A DNA stretch of 64,000 nt from Geosiphon pyriformis uo1 (GCA_016748015.1 JAAOMT010000684.1:186001-250000), one strand, 5' to 3'. Positions 38,723 through 53,132 are shown, counted from the stretch's first letter. Translations and numbers: made by a program. Notes: generated from the letters alone by a model not told the origin.

Positions 38723-40205
38723 GCTTGTTCAGCTTGTTGAACTCAGAGAAATTTTAAATAATTATTTCAATATTAAAAATAAAACGTATAATTATAATCG
38801 ATTTGATTTTCTTGTCTTACCCTAGATTTATTATATTTGAAAAATCAGGATCTCTCACATTTCTGTATTTGCCACCATTAGTATAAAATTATCGCGTTTA
38901 TGAGGAGCTAATATATTTCGTCTTCAATTAATAATTTATTCACATTTGACTAAAAAATCTTTTTTGACCTATTTTTCGATATCAATTCTGAAACTTTATT
39001 TCCTCATTTAAATAGGTAAGAATAAATCTGAGTTGTGCCATTTAAGACAGAGTTGACTCTTTGAGTTTATATGTAAAAAAAGCTTTGTAGTGAAGTCAAC
39101 CATGTGAAGAAGCATTAGATAATTATTTTAAGATCTTTATTTAAACATAGATTTATCGTAATAAATCATATTAAATAAAATATTTTTTGGAAAGCGATAA
39201 CTACTTAATAAGCGTGGTACGTCATTCAGAATAATAAAACCATCCTTTTTCAAAGTAAAGGATGAATAAATTAGGAGAAAATTATTTCTATATTAATTGG
39301 TCATTAAAGTTTTATATATCCCTTGGGAAATTTTTCTAGGCATCAAAAGTTTTTATAGACTTTGTAAAATGATAACAAACTATTTAACTTTGATCTCATA
39401 GGAGTCAAAATGATTCCTTTGTTTCCAGTTGAAATTAGGTCAAAACCTGTTCTTTTCAAAATCGCTGTGGTTATTAAAGGTAAATATTTTTGCTCATCTC
39501 TGATTAATTTTCAAAGGGAAAAATTTATGTTTATGCATCTTTTTTCCTCGTTAGTTTTGCCCGAAAACCTTTCCCATAAAATTAATGAAAAAATTATAAT
39601 AAATTTCTAACTTGATTGTTGGGATAACACAAAAATATATTTTTAAAGAAATTTTAGGATCAATTTCAGATTAAAAAGATAAATAACCTTTATAGGTCTC
39701 TTTGATAATGATAATATTGATAATTGGCAAGAATGTTGATTAATTATATTTTTCGTTAAATATTTGGGAAAAGTGTGTTTAAATTGACGATTTCCAGCAA
39801 TCCTGTAGGAAAATGCAAAAAAATTCATAATGATGAAACTTGAAAATCCTGATAACGAAATTGTTTTTTTTTTTTTTGTGTGTTTATACATGTAATCAAC
39901 TTTGTAAAATAAGTATTTTTCTAGCGGAGTTAATAAAATTAAAAAAGTATGAATAAAAATTAATTTTTTTTAGAATATTTTCCCGCTGAAATTATTTAAA
40001 CAAAAGTAATTGAAAGAAAAGTTTTTATCCTTTTGAAAGCATAATTTAATTTAGTATTTTAAATAAAAAATATTGATATATCCATAGAAAATCATGTACA
40101 GTATTGAGTTAGCCAGCCTCCTTGCAATCTCATCCAAAAATGCTAATTATTCATTATTATTATTATTATTATTATTGATCTTTTCACAAAAATAGCTAAC
40201 TCTCT

Positions 40206-41438
40206 TTATACCAGTTCCTCAGAGTATAACCCTTTTGATTTACTTTCTTTTGTTGTTATCGGTGTTTCACTATTCTTGCAGGATACAGGACTTTGGCTGG
40301 AAGGCAAAGGAAAAGAGATGACGTTCTGGTGATTTGTCAAAAGAATGATAATACTATCAATCATGTTGACAACTTGAATTTTTTAAGGAAATATCAGTGA
40401 TTAGCTTTGATTTGTTAAATTTGTTTGAATACATAATAGAGAATCTCTTACCCCACTGGATTGAAAGCAGTAACAAGAATAATGTTATTTGTAAAGGTTT
40501 TTTTAATGATTCTTCTGATAAATTAATAACAATGTTTGGTATGCCAATTGCCAAGGCTATTAAAATTCTTAGTTCACTGTGACGCAAGACAATTTTCACA
40601 ATTCCACTTAAAGGTGTATAAGAAGCTCTAAATCCATTTCGAAGTCGTACCACGATGATTGCAGAGCAAGAAACGTCGAAAACTATTGAAATGGCCATTG
40701 AAATCTGTAAAAAAATTCTTCTTTCACTATTTGATATTTCAGCTACCCAATGGTCATCTTTTTTAATCCATTGCTTGCCCCAAAAGCTAGTTTTTTAAAT
40801 TGAAAAAAAAAACCAATAATTTTATTATTATTAATAAATCTTTTGATCAAGTAGAAAAAATATGTTTAAGCAAACTTTAGGACTTACATTGTAAATGCTG
40901 CAAAAGCTTGTGATATCATTATTAAAGAGATCAAGAAAGACCTTATCAAATTTTTGAATAGAGGCTTTTTCCATGGAATTAAAGCTTGACTTCGAAAGTA
41001 AAGATACACCAATGATAGAGCCCCTCCAATTAAATAAAATCCTAATGCCATATCTTCCAATAATGGACTCCATTTCCCATTAACAGCCAAACTACAATAG
41101 GATAAGTTAAAAGCATTTACAAGATCTAAAATAGCACTTGTTATATAAGCTAATCCGGCCGTTATATTAATTGTCACGATTCTGAATGAGTGATTAAATA
41201 GATATAAGTGTAAAAATCATCATATATAGAAAATAGGAGATCCCTAAACCACCAACCTGTTTAATTTATTTAATGAAACCAAAATAATTAAACTGAATAA
41301 AGCCACCCAACCAATTGCCAGTGAAGGGGCATCAGTTAAAACTATAAACATATGATATTTTACCATAACGGGAATTTCTTCTTCTGTTAAAGTACATTCA
41401 TATTTATTTAAATAATAAGTATTGTTCAATGAGTCCAT
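40206..41438 (-). CDS. Orphan seven-transmembrane (GPCR-like) protein, 4 exons
   Basis: Spliced product has an N-terminal NNT sequon and 7 hydrophobic segments: SLAIGWVALFSLIILVSL; IVTINITAGLAYITSAILDLV; MALGFYLIGGALSLVYLYFR; FLISLIMISQAFAAFTILAFG; IFLQISMAISIVFDVSCSAIIVV; ILIALAIGIPNIVINL; ITLFLLLLSIQWVVNMIDSIIILL. Ser/Thr-rich tail ends EELV*. Confidence 0.75.
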
Positions 41439-41969
41439 GGTTGAAAATATTTTTAAATAATCTCTTTTTGAGAATAATTTAAATTTGAAACGGAGTTCCC
41501 TTTAAATACATAATATCAAGAATTATATTTGTATTGTATTTTTATATGATTGTATTATCGATTAATTTTTCTTTATAAATATCCATAACAATCAAAACAA
41601 GAAAATTTTTGTCACTCAAAAAAAATGAGAATATTCGATATATACCTTTAAACATTGGAGAAAAAAATTCCCCGAAAAAGATAATCAATATTTAACAGTT
41701 ACTTAAAGAATAATGGGGATAGTTCGTTTTTTTTTATAGATCAAAATTTTGTCGATTAAATAAACAGAGTTGTATTTTTTTTTCTTTCAAATTCAAAAGT
41801 TTATTTTTCCGAATTTTTTAAATACTATCCTTACCTTAACTGGTTTTAAGATTTTCTCATTTATTTTCAAATTCGGGCTATGAATTAAAGAGTTTCAATG
41901 ATTTACTTCGAATTTAACCTAAATTTGAATAAATTAAACATAAAATACTCCTTCACAATTATGTCATTA

Positions 41970-41971
<2 letters not shown>

Positions 41972-42042
<71 letters not shown>
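41972..42042. repeat. (TTA)n microsatellite
   Basis: About 23 uninterrupted units. Confidence 0.95.
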
Positions 42043-43465
42043 GAATAACAAAGTGCTACTTTATTCCGAGGGAAAATAAAATATAACCATAAATAAAATT
42101 AAAAAGTCACCTTAAAGAGAATCCATTAAAAATTCACTGATATTTTAATAAGATAAAATTATAGATTATTTTTACTTTGTTACATGAGAAAATTAATTAA
42201 AATTAAAAAGGAATTCAAAGAAATAAAAACTAGGCTTCCAAATATATTCAAGATATTTTTTAAAAGAGTCACTATTATGAAATTGAATATTTATGTTAGC
42301 CCTTTAAAAAAAAAAGTTTTTATCTTTTATAAAAAAAAAAAATACAATAATTCTTAAAAAACTGTATGAAGTTTATTATCTGATACTTTAAAATATTTTC
42401 ATCAAAATAGTTTACTTTTCATATAAAAGATTCATTTTTATGTCATAAAATTTCAATATCAAGCGAGAAATTTAATAAGTATAAACTTTATTTGTGAACT
42501 TTGACCATACTAATAAAAATTAATATAATCACAATTTGCATTATTTTTTTTATAATTTAAATCCAATTAACTTGGACAAATTTTATAATAATTTTAATAT
42601 ATATTGAAACTATATATTTTTTTCTATTTTTATATGACTAGTTTAAAGAAAATAAACCAAATAAATGTCAACTAAAAAAGTAAAAATGTATATATTATTT
42701 TTATTCAACATTTGTGTAATGAAAAAATACATTATGTAAATAAATTATATTGGCAGACAATTGTTTTTGAAAATATTAAATGTCAATATTGGTTGCAAAT
42801 TATCAAAAAAAAAAAAAGTATTCAAGTTTTTTATGTTATAATTTAAAACATATAAAATTTTAAAAATCTACCAATTCAAACACTAATTCTTATATATATG
42901 TAAAAACAAAAATATAAAAAATGATTACAATATTACCTTAATTACAACTGAAAACAAAAAAAATATTTATTAAAAAACTTGTTTTAAATTATTTAACAAC
43001 ATTTTATAATACTAACATAAAAATATATAGCTAATCTATCCTACTTTAAAAAACTAAACAAAAATATTTAATTGAAATGAATTTTGTGTGCACTTTAAAA
43101 CAAGTTTTTTTTCACTTTTAACAAATAAAATGTTGAAAAAATATTCAAAACATACAAATAGTTAAACAAAAAAAAAAATTTAAAAAAGTTTTTTCAAACT
43201 TATCAATTAACCATCTGAAAATTTTGATTTAAACTCAATTGAAAATCTATAAAGTTTAATTGAGAATATTGTAAAAAAGAAATGCAAAAATTTTATTTTA
43301 ATTAAAGCATATTATGATAAAAAAATAAAAAAATATTTCCAAAACGTTATAATTAAATTAATATATATTTTATTCCTAATTAAAACTTGTAACTTTAACC
43401 TTTCAAAAAAAAATATATTGTTTTTTACTAAATATAACCTTCTTATTATCTATATACATAACCTA

Positions 43466-44755
43466 CACTCGGCGGAAAAAAGTCATGGGACACTTTACAT
43501 TTTTATTATTTTGTGTTCCATGAATGATAAAAATATCTATAAAAATTTATTTATAACTATATTAGCTATCTATAAATAGTAAGAAATATATTAAAATAAC
43601 AATTATTAATCAAAACAATGATATAATTAACAATATTTAATTCGCGTTTTTTTTATCAACGTAAAATTTTTCGGGATTTTTTTTGATAAACATGAATATT
43701 CAAAAATCCAAAGTTCAAAGGAAAGAATTAAATGATTTTGAGCGTACTAGAATTATTATTCTTTTAGAAGAAGGAAAATCTGTACGTAAAATATCAGAAC
43801 AAGTTAATTATCCTAAATCAATTATTCAAAATATACTTTCTCATTATAAAAAAACCAATAATATTGAATTCACACCCAGAAGTGGTAGACCTTCTTTTCT
43901 TAATAAAAAAACTATCAAAATATTACAAAAAACAATTAAGAAGAATCCAAAAAGTACTCTCAAAGAAATTCAAGAAGATTTTAATAAGAAAAAATTTTAA
44001 AGTTTCAACAAAAATTATCAGTACTTCCTTACACAAGATTAGTCTTTACTCAAGGATTGCTGCAAAAAAATCATTATTAACTCAAATCCAACAAGAAAAT
44101 TGACTTAATTGGTGTATTAAACATTCTTTTTGGACAATTAAAGAATGGAATGAAGTTATTTGGAGTGAAAAAGGAGCAAGATTTAACAAAGAAAATTTAT
44201 CACCAACTGTAAAGCATGGTAGAAGAGGAATTATGGTTTGGGGATGTTTTTGTGGAACTGGATTAGGTCCTTTAGTTTTAGTGGAAGGCATATTAAATCG
44301 GTTTGGATATATTGATGTTTTACAAAAACATTTATTACCATGGATTAATTATAAATTTTATCATAAACATTATTTATTTCAACAAGATAATGCCACAATT
44401 CATACAGCTAAAGATGTTAAGACTTGGATGGGTCAAAAACATCTCAATTTACTTTCTAAATGGCCAGTACAATCACCCGATTTGAATCCAATAGAGCATT
44501 TATGGGATTATTTACAAAAACAACTCAAAAAACGAAATCCGCGCCCCGAAAATAATCATAAATTATTCCTCGTATTACAAGAAGAATGGCAAGCAATTCC
44601 ACGAAATATCTATATAAATTTGGTTACTAATGTAGCTAGACGTATTGAAGAATGTATTAGAAAGTAGGATGGACTAACTAGTTATTAAGTATTAAATAAA
44701 ATAAAAAGTTATTAAAGAAATAATAAAGTGTCCCATGATTTTTTTCCGCTGAGTG
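43466..44755 (+). mobile_element. Tc1/mariner (IS630-Tc1) DNA transposon, defective
   Basis: ~31-bp TIRs cactcggcggaaaaaagtcatgggacacttta / taaagtgtcccatgatttttttccgctgagtg; TA TSD; internal transposase remnants. Confidence 0.96.
43692..44667 (+). pseudogene. Tc1-like transposase pseudogene
   Basis: HTH region with PRSGRP; PTVKHG..IMVWGCF; FQQDNA; WPVQSPDLNPIEHLW. Frameshift near 44000, in-frame TGA at 44101, and the first catalytic Asp (WSDE) is missing. Confidence 0.92.
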
Positions 44756-46762
44756 TATATATATGTTTTACAATAAACATAAGACACACACTTTCTTGAA
44801 CAAATTCATTCAATCAGATTCAGGGTATTTTTTTTATAAATTTAATATCAGGGTTTAACAAAGCTCATAGAATTATTAAATAATTTAGTGTATCTTTATT
44901 TTATTGGAAACACAATTTTATTGCTTATTTTATTCTTATCTAAAAGAGCTTATTATACTTTTCCTTTAATTTAATAATAATTTTAAACCAATTTCTTAAA
45001 TTTTTTTGATTTAAATCTTTAAAGAAAAAATTATTTTCTTTATTAGTTAACAAAAAAAAACTTGGATTATTAAAACACCAATAAAATATATTACTAATTC
45101 TATAAATAAACAAATAAATTTTTAAAAATTTTAATTTAGATTTAATGTTCTCATTAAACATTATATAATAAGACAAACAAATTAAGCAGTGACTTAAATA
45201 TATAAAATTGGGTTTACAAAATGGTTTACACATAACAAAAAGCATAAAAATGTTAATTCAAACTTAAGCACATGTAATAAATTAGACATTTTTTGTATTT
45301 ATTATAAAGAAATACAAAAGTTAATTGAACCAATATTTTTTTAAGCATATTATAATATAGCTAAAAAATTAGTTTATTATTTATTATTAAAGTTTTATAT
45401 TTTTATATTTTTATCCTTAAAAAATTTGTTTATTAATTTAAAAATTATTTAGTGGTTTTAACTAAGAAATTTTTTTTAAAAAGTTTACATAAACTTAATA
45501 ATTGTTTTTATTATTTTGCTAATTATTATTTTAAAAATTTAAATAAAATATTAAAAAATTAATACAATTTTTAACATATAGTTAATTATTTTACATTAAT
45601 AGAACATTAAAAGATCTTAATTTTGGAGTTTTTTATTGTACTAAAACTATTATTACTAATTAAAATAAAGCTAATATTGTAGTTTGATTTTTTAAAACAC
45701 TTTAAGTTAATAATTCTAATAATTTTGTAAGATTTGCTATCAATTTATTTATTAATTTTTTATTTAGATTTTGTTATACAACAGAATAGTATATTAAAAA
45801 AAGCAAAAATTAGCACAAAAACATTTTATAAATTTTATTAAATAAATTAATAATCAAAATAAATAAATTAAGTAATTTGAATATTAAACTAAAATAATTA
45901 ATAGATTAATTAATTGATATAGAAGTTACAAAATTAATATATAATATATATTAAAATAATAATTATATTATATTTAAAACTCATATTTTTATTAATATTA
46001 CATAATTAATCATTCTATTTTTAGATAAAATTATTGGTTTAATTACTAATTTTATTATTAATTTAGTTATTAATTTGATTATTGATTATTAATTTAATTT
46101 TTAATTTAATTATTGATCTAATTATTAATTTAACCATTAATTTGATTCTTAATCTTTTTTAATAATTATATAAGCAAAAATCTATTTAACTGTAAAAAAA
46201 CAATTAAGTAACAAGATTTAAATAAAAATTTAAATAATAAAAAAAGTAATTATTTATTAAATTCTATTTTACTTTATTACTTATTTTTTTTATTTGTTTT
46301 ATTAAAATTAATCTAAGAAGTCAACTTTTTGTTTTTGTAATAAAAACATAATTAAAAATATAGTAATATTTGTTATTGATTTAAAGAATTATTAAAGTAA
46401 GACATAAAATAATAGTAATAATATTATGTTGTTAAAAATTACAAATTATTTTTCTATTTTTTAATTTTCCAGAAAAAATTAAGCAATCATAATTTTAATA
46501 CTAATTATGTATATTAAATTTCTATAAATTCAATTTGTTTTTTTGATTATTTTTTATTTTTTTTTAAAAACTGTTTTATCAGTTATTTATTAACTTATTG
46601 TTTAGATTTATAACATAAAAATAATAAAAAAAAAACTTTTTTTCTCCATCCCAAATTCCTAAAAAAGAGTTATATTTTGAAAGAAGTTTTTTCTGCTATT
46701 TCATACTGTCTTCCATCACTTTACAAGAAACAAATCCTTTTGTTATTGATCTGGCTGCTCTC

Positions 46763-48607
46763 ATGAGTGGTACTGGTGCTAAAAAAAAATTGACCAGAGT
46801 TTCAACTTCTGGTTCAGTTGGTAGTGGTTCAAGTCATAAGATCAAGAAACCTCCCAGTAGTACTAAGCTATTAAGTAATGGTGCGACTCTTAAAGGTAGT
46901 GGGTCTGGTCAAGTGGTCGGGCAGTTTAATAGCATAGATACTGATAAGAAAGCTTCTGAAGATGAAAGAGTATCTGATTCCAAGATGAATATACTCCAAG
47001 CCAAGTGTTTTAATAATGGTGCGATTCTTGGCTCCTCTTTCGGCTTTATTAATTACGACATGGAAGAAAAGGAAGAGGTTTCTCTTCCTTCTTGTAAGTT
47101 TTTCTCTTTGAATAAGGCGTGGATTGATTCCAAAATCATTAAAACTCAGGTGGAAGTGGCTGTGAAAAAATTTTTCACTTTGGACATCAATCTTTCGGCT
47201 ATAGAAGGGAAATCAGCAATGGCCAAAACTCAGATCATAAGAAAATTATTTTCAGGAATCAATGGTTTTGGGGGGGCTACTACCTCCTCAAAATTTGAAG
47301 AGATCATTAGATCAACATTTATTTCATTAGAAAGCATGGAAAAGACTATATCATTGACCAGAGAAAATAACATCATAGTAAACAGCGATCTTAAGAGACA
47401 AGAAATTTGTTCAGATTGGGCTGTAGTAATCAAGAAAATTCCCATGGATACACCAAAAGAAATGATCATTGCCGCAGTATTTAAGTTTGAACAAATTAAG
47501 TTGATTAAAATCCAACTTATCAGTTTATAGCAGAAGGCTGTGGTAGAATTCGCCAAATTGGAACAGACTGTGTCTTTGGCTACTAGGTAGTCTTTTTTAA
47601 TTAGTAAGAACTCGGTTCATATGGCTATGGTGGTGGGTGATCATGAAACTTGGGCGTCTAGAGATCAGTTCAGGGTGCTTTTGTTTACTTTGCCAGTGGG
47701 AACAACTGCCTATGATTTCGGTGATCTATTGGATGGAACTGGTGGTAAAACTTGCATAATCAACTGTTCTTTAGAGACTAGAAATAGATTTCACTGTGCT
47801 GTGGTTGGCTTTGTGTCTAATGAATTGTTGGAGTTTGCTTTTTGCATGGAACCAATTCTTGGCGGTGTAAGGCTTTCTTGGACTAGATTAGATCTGATTT
47901 GGTGTGAATGGTGTGAGAAATTTGGCCATTCTGCTTTGGAGTGTGATGCTAAAGTTGCTTCTACTTCTAAGTCTTTCAAGTCTTTTAAAAGAGCTGTCTC
48001 TGATGAAAACTGCCTCCAGTTGGCCTATTTGTATGTGAAAAAAAATGTGCCTATTTTTCATCTGGTTGCTTTTAGTGGCAAATCATGGGCCCAAGTAGTC
48101 TCTCTTGCATCCTTGTCTAATAATCCTCACTTTGGTTTTGATCTTGGTTTTGACTCCTTCTTTTCTGGTGCTTCAGGTGTGATTGGTTTCTCTCCTCATA
48201 TGGTTCCTGCTAGTACATCTTTGGAGGCTCGTCTTGCTTCTTTGGAGTATTCTGTAGAGCTTCTTGTAGATAAGGTGTCTGGTATTATAAGCAAACTTGA
48301 AAATTTGGTCTTGGTGCTTCCAGCTCTCACCTCCTCTTTTCAGAATTTGATGGTCCCAGTTGTGGCAAATGTGGAGATTGATTCAGACATGGCTCTGGAT
48401 AATCCTAAGCCAATACTTCTTTCCTTCTCTTTGGTTTCCTCTAGTACTTCAAAATTAAGTTCGAGTAGTTCAAAAATTTTGATCTCAAAAGTGGGCTGTT
48501 TGGAATCAAAGTTGATGGCTCTTGAGGCTTTGGTTTGTTCAGTTTTGGAGAAGTTAGATTAGATGTGTACTGGCTCGGGTTTTGCAGTTTTTTCTTTATC
48601 TCAATAA
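46763..48607 (+). pseudogene. LINE copy 2 ORF1, disrupted
   Basis: Knuckle CEWCEKFGHSALEC; aligns to copy 1 ORF1; premature TAG codons. True start uncertain. Confidence 0.85.
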
Positions 48608-51600
48608 GTAATTTTATGTGGAAAATTGCTACATGCCACATTAGAGGGATGAACAATCCTGCTAAGCAAGCTGACGTTATTTGTTGGCATAAGAAAATGG
48701 ACAATATAATCTCAATAATTACTAAAACAAAGTTAAAGGGTAGAATTTGTCCTTGGATTGCTGATAGATTTCCTGGAGTATGTGTATTTATCTCTGGTCT
48801 GGATTCTGGTTATCTAGGTTCTGGTGTGGCAATAGTTATGAATGCTGCTCTGGCAAAACATGTATGCAAGGTCTCTGAGATATCCAGTTGTTTTCTTTCT
48901 GTTAGGCTACTTTTCAAAAATAAACTCTTGGTTTCTGTTTTGGATCTGTATGCTGGCACTTCACCATTAACATGCTTTTCGCAAGCAAGTGATATAAATG
49001 CCTTGATTTTTAAAGCTGTGAATAAATTTTCTTTTGTGATTTTGGGTGGCGATTTTAATGAGAATGGCTCTTGCAAGAGTGCCAGCTTCAAGAAGTGTGG
49101 TAGCTTAGGCTTGGTCAACTCTCTTATTGGTAACAATTTTCTAAGGGCTTTAACATGGAGCAATTCTAGAGGTGTGGCAAAGACAATAGATTACATATTT
49201 GTTTTTTCCAATTTGGTTAATGCAATAGTAGAACGTGGTGTTCTGAATGTTGGTGAATTCTTTAATACTAATTACCAATCTATTTCTGTATCAGTCAGTT
49301 TGGGTGGTTTGCTGGACACACATCTCTGTTCACTTCATAAACAAACCAACAAGGACTGTTAGAAGTATAACTTCAAAAATACTGACACTGCTTTATGATT
49401 AAAATTCAAGAAAGTAATGGTGGTGAATGCTGCTATGTTTTCTGATGATTTTGTGGCTTTCAATGAGCTTTCAAATTTGGATGCCATGTGAGATATTATT
49501 CGTAAGACAATGCACTTTTCGGCGGATGAAGTTTTCAAAAAAAATGGTTTAAGGAATATGATGAAGTTTTTACCAAGAGTTTGTCCAGATTTCACAAGCT
49601 GGAACTTCTGGTATCTAAATTGGTTAGGGCCTTCCATTCGGTTAATAATGACAATTTTGTCTTATTGCTCAATACTTGGGAGGTACTCGATTCCGACAAT
49701 GTGGTCGTGATTAGATCTCTCTTTCTCTTTGGTTCATCCTTTAATAACATTTGTTCAGCTCTATTCAAAGTCAGGAAATCTTATCATGCTTTAAAGTTGT
49801 CAGAATCTAAATGAGTCGAAGAATCACAAATCAGATCTGCTATTGAGAAAAGGATAGAGAGCTTTGTGTCTAACAAGGGTCACACTATCTGAAGTGTTTT
49901 GGAAAAGCCTTTTCGCAAGATGGTCTTGGATTATTTGGTCATAGGTAATGAGCTAATTTTGGAACTGGACTCTGTTAAATCTAAGGTGGATGAGATTATG
50001 GAAGATTGGATTCGAAAACGCAGTATGGTTCTTGATATTCTGGAAGACTGGTCTTGTTAATATCAGTTTTTGGACTATGTTTTTGATGGTGCTTTTTCTG
50101 ATGTCATGGGCTGTGTGGGTTTTGATGAGCTGTTTGGTGTGGTCTTTAACCTGCCTGATGGCAAAGCTGCTAGTTTGTTGGGCATTTCCAATGAACTTTG
50201 GAAGCATTGTGACATTTTGGTTCTTAGTATGCTCTTGGTGCTCATTAACTCTTGTCTTTCTGGTGAATCTGTGTCTGGAGTCTGGAAGGAGACTTGGGTT
50301 TCGATGATTCCCAAACCTTATGATTGGGAGAGTGTAATCACAAACACTTGTCCTATTGCTTTAATTGAAACAGCTCAGAAAATTCTGTCCAAAATTCTCT
50401 CCGATAGGATTTCTTTGGCTTGTAGCAAGTTTGACGTTCTTCATGGAGACAATTTTTCAGTGCTCAAAGGCACTATGACTCAGTCTTCCATTTTTGCAAT
50501 TGGTTCGGTGGTCAAGGATGCTCTTGAGAAAAACTGGGAGCTCTGGCTGGTTTTGCAAGACATGCAAAAGGCATACGACTCAGTTAGTTGGGATCATCTT
50601 AGGAAGAGTTTAATTAGAATCAAAATGTGTAGCAAGTTTATTTGGTTTTTTGGGGGTATTCATGACAGTCGTACCAACCAGGTAATGACTGATTTTGGGT
50701 TGACAGATGGTTATTGTATGCATAATGGCTTGAACCAGGGAGAGGTGTTTTTGTCTCTTCTTTGGCATATATTTTATGATCCTCTTTTGTGCAAAGTCAA
50801 GAGACAAGAAAGTGTGTGTGGTTACAGGCTGAATTCTTATTATGTTGCTAAGACAGGCCATGTGAAGTCTCAAGCTGGATCAACATCCTTTTTTGCTGCT
50901 GGTGCTTTTGTGGATGATATGATCTGGGTTGGTAGCAGTCAGGTTGTGACACAACACATTCTCAATATTGCCAGTAAGTTCTTTCGGATCAATGACATTT
51001 CTATCAACAATGATAAGACAGTAGTCATTCCTATTAACTGCAGAGTTGCGAATCCTTCTTTATTAATCAGTGGTGCTCCTATTTCAATGGCCAAAAAAGG
51101 GGAATCTCATCATTACTTGGGCATTTTTCTTTCGACTAAGGGCTTGTCATGACCCAGTTTGGCCAAAGCTTATTCAAATGTCTGGCTTTTTGCCAATTTT
51201 GTGTTAAGGAAAACTATCTCTGACAAACAGTTTTTATATCTGGTTTTAGCGGTTTTTCATCCTATTGTCAGTTATAGAACTCAGTTTAGCTTTGTCCCTC
51301 TTAGTGTTTGTAGTAAATAAGATGCCTTGATTCGCAAGGGCCTCAAATTCAAAGCTGGACTGCCCTAGAATTTCCCTAATGATGCACTCCATTATTCATC
51401 CCTTTATGGTTTAAAAACTTTTGAGCAAATTCAAGCTAAATGCAAGTCGGCATCTGTGGTGTGTTTTGTCAATTCTAGTGGAATTTTGGGACGTCTGTTT
51501 CTTTATAGGTTTTATGAATTACAGGTTTTAAGCTGGCACCCTATTCATCTTTTGGTGTTCTCAGCTTGTCTGAAAATTAGTTTCATAAACAATTTTTTAG

Positions 51601-53132
51601 TGGGTGTCATTCATATATTTAGAGATTGCAGTTTATTTTTAAGCAGTGCTAGACCCAGTGTATTCTGGTTTCATAATGATACTCCCATGTCTTTGGTGCT
51701 TGGTGAGTCAAATTTCTCCAGATGTTTCCCTTCACTTTGATGGTATGGTGTTGCCTTTGTGGAATAATTATGTGGCTGTGAGAGAGGTGTTTTTGAGTAG
51801 GTGACCTTTAAGCATTAGAAAAAGCTGAATCCATGTAGCCCTATTTCTGATTGGTTCGTCTTGTCTATTAAATTTCTGGGTAATATGGTAGCTTTTTCTG
51901 TGCAAAATCTATTGACGAATGGTGCTAATGCCTCTAGTGTTTTGAATTCTGTTGAGTTTGGTTTGGTTCATGATCACTTATCTGGTCTGAGTGCTGGCTG
52001 CATCTTAGTGTATACAGACAGTTCTTTGTCTGGCTTAGGGTCTGGTGCAGCAGTTTTTTTTGATGACATTAACATGAGTATAGGAGTCAAGGTTTTAGGT
52101 TTGATGTCATTTATGCTAACAGAATTGCAGGTGATAGCACTTGCCCTCGAGTGCATTCTAGTGTCTAGTAGTGTTAGTTTGTTCTCGGACAGTCAGACAG
52201 TGTTGGATGCTTGCAGATCTGAATTAAGTGTGTCTTGTTCAGATTTCCGTAATCACTGCTGGGTGGAGCGCCATCATATTGCAAATCTTGTATGCTCGAA
52301 GAGGTTGAAAATTATCTGGCATAAAGTTAAGGGCCATTCTGGTAATTTTGGCAATAACCATGCTGATGAGCTGGCTGGCCATGCTGTTTTCTCTAATTTA
52401 ATTCTTTCCCTCCAGTTGAATAAGAGATATATCTTGGCTGGTGGTGATATTGTTTCAGGTAATTCTAGACATTTTGTTTGCAATGTTTTTCATTCTATTC
52501 ATTGTCTGTACTGGGAGTATGGTTCAGGCACCATTGTTGTCACTCAAGATTTGTTGGCAGACATTAATTGGTGGAGGTCTGCCTCTGTTTGGCATCCTAA
52601 TTCGCATATGGCTGTTGGTCCTACTAGTAAACACACTGCTGGCATTTGCACATATTTCATGAAAGCTTTACATCACAGGCTGCCTGTCACTGTTCGTAAA
52701 CACCTTTATGATAGAGGTTACCCAAGTGTGATCTGCTTATTTTGTAGTTGTGTGGAGGTCTCTGACCATGTTTTTTCCTGTAAAGCTGATGCTGCTACTC
52801 ATATTCATCTTCTGAGGAACTATGCAATGATTTGGGAGAATATTTCTGGTCTTCGTCATTCCACTTCTAGTGTGTTACAATTTTTGTTCTCTTGTATTTT
52901 GAACACTTTGTTCTGTATTGCCTTGTACAAAAGATTTGTTTTTAAGAAGTGGTTTCATGAAGCAGTCTCCATGTTTGGTGATTCAAAATCTGGCCTATCT
53001 TTTGTCTACTCTGCTGGGGTTATCAGATTGTTGGGTATTAATGTAGCCTTAGGTGTTAGTTTCAGTTTTTGTAGGTTTAGTTTGTTTATTTTTGATGCTT
53101 TTGATGTGGTTTCTATTAGTATAAGTGCTTAA
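48604..53132 (+). pseudogene. LINE copy 2 ORF2, disrupted
   Basis: KIATCHIRGMN, GGDFN, TIDYIF (APE); DMQKAYDSV, GLNQGE, FVDD (RT); VYTDSS, TELQVIALAL, FSDSQ, WHKVKGHSGNFGNNHADELA (RNase H); CLFCSCVEVSDHVFSC. Confidence 0.92.

Noticed and set aside
44940-45245. Short F/I/K/N-rich ORFs in AT blocks (also 1038-1644, 22900-23100, 29744-29947, 32584-32817, 39410-39891, 61696-61911)
   Set aside because: Compositional artefacts with no motifs or splice-consistent gene structure.
46700-46765. Non-AUG initiation of LINE ORF1 (NPFxxDL conserved upstream of the first usable ATG in both copies)
   Set aside because: Copy 1 has an in-frame ATG at 21216 followed by a probably mutational TAA, and copy 2 has an in-frame ATA at 46703 that may be a mutated ATG. 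Hypermutation explains the pattern.
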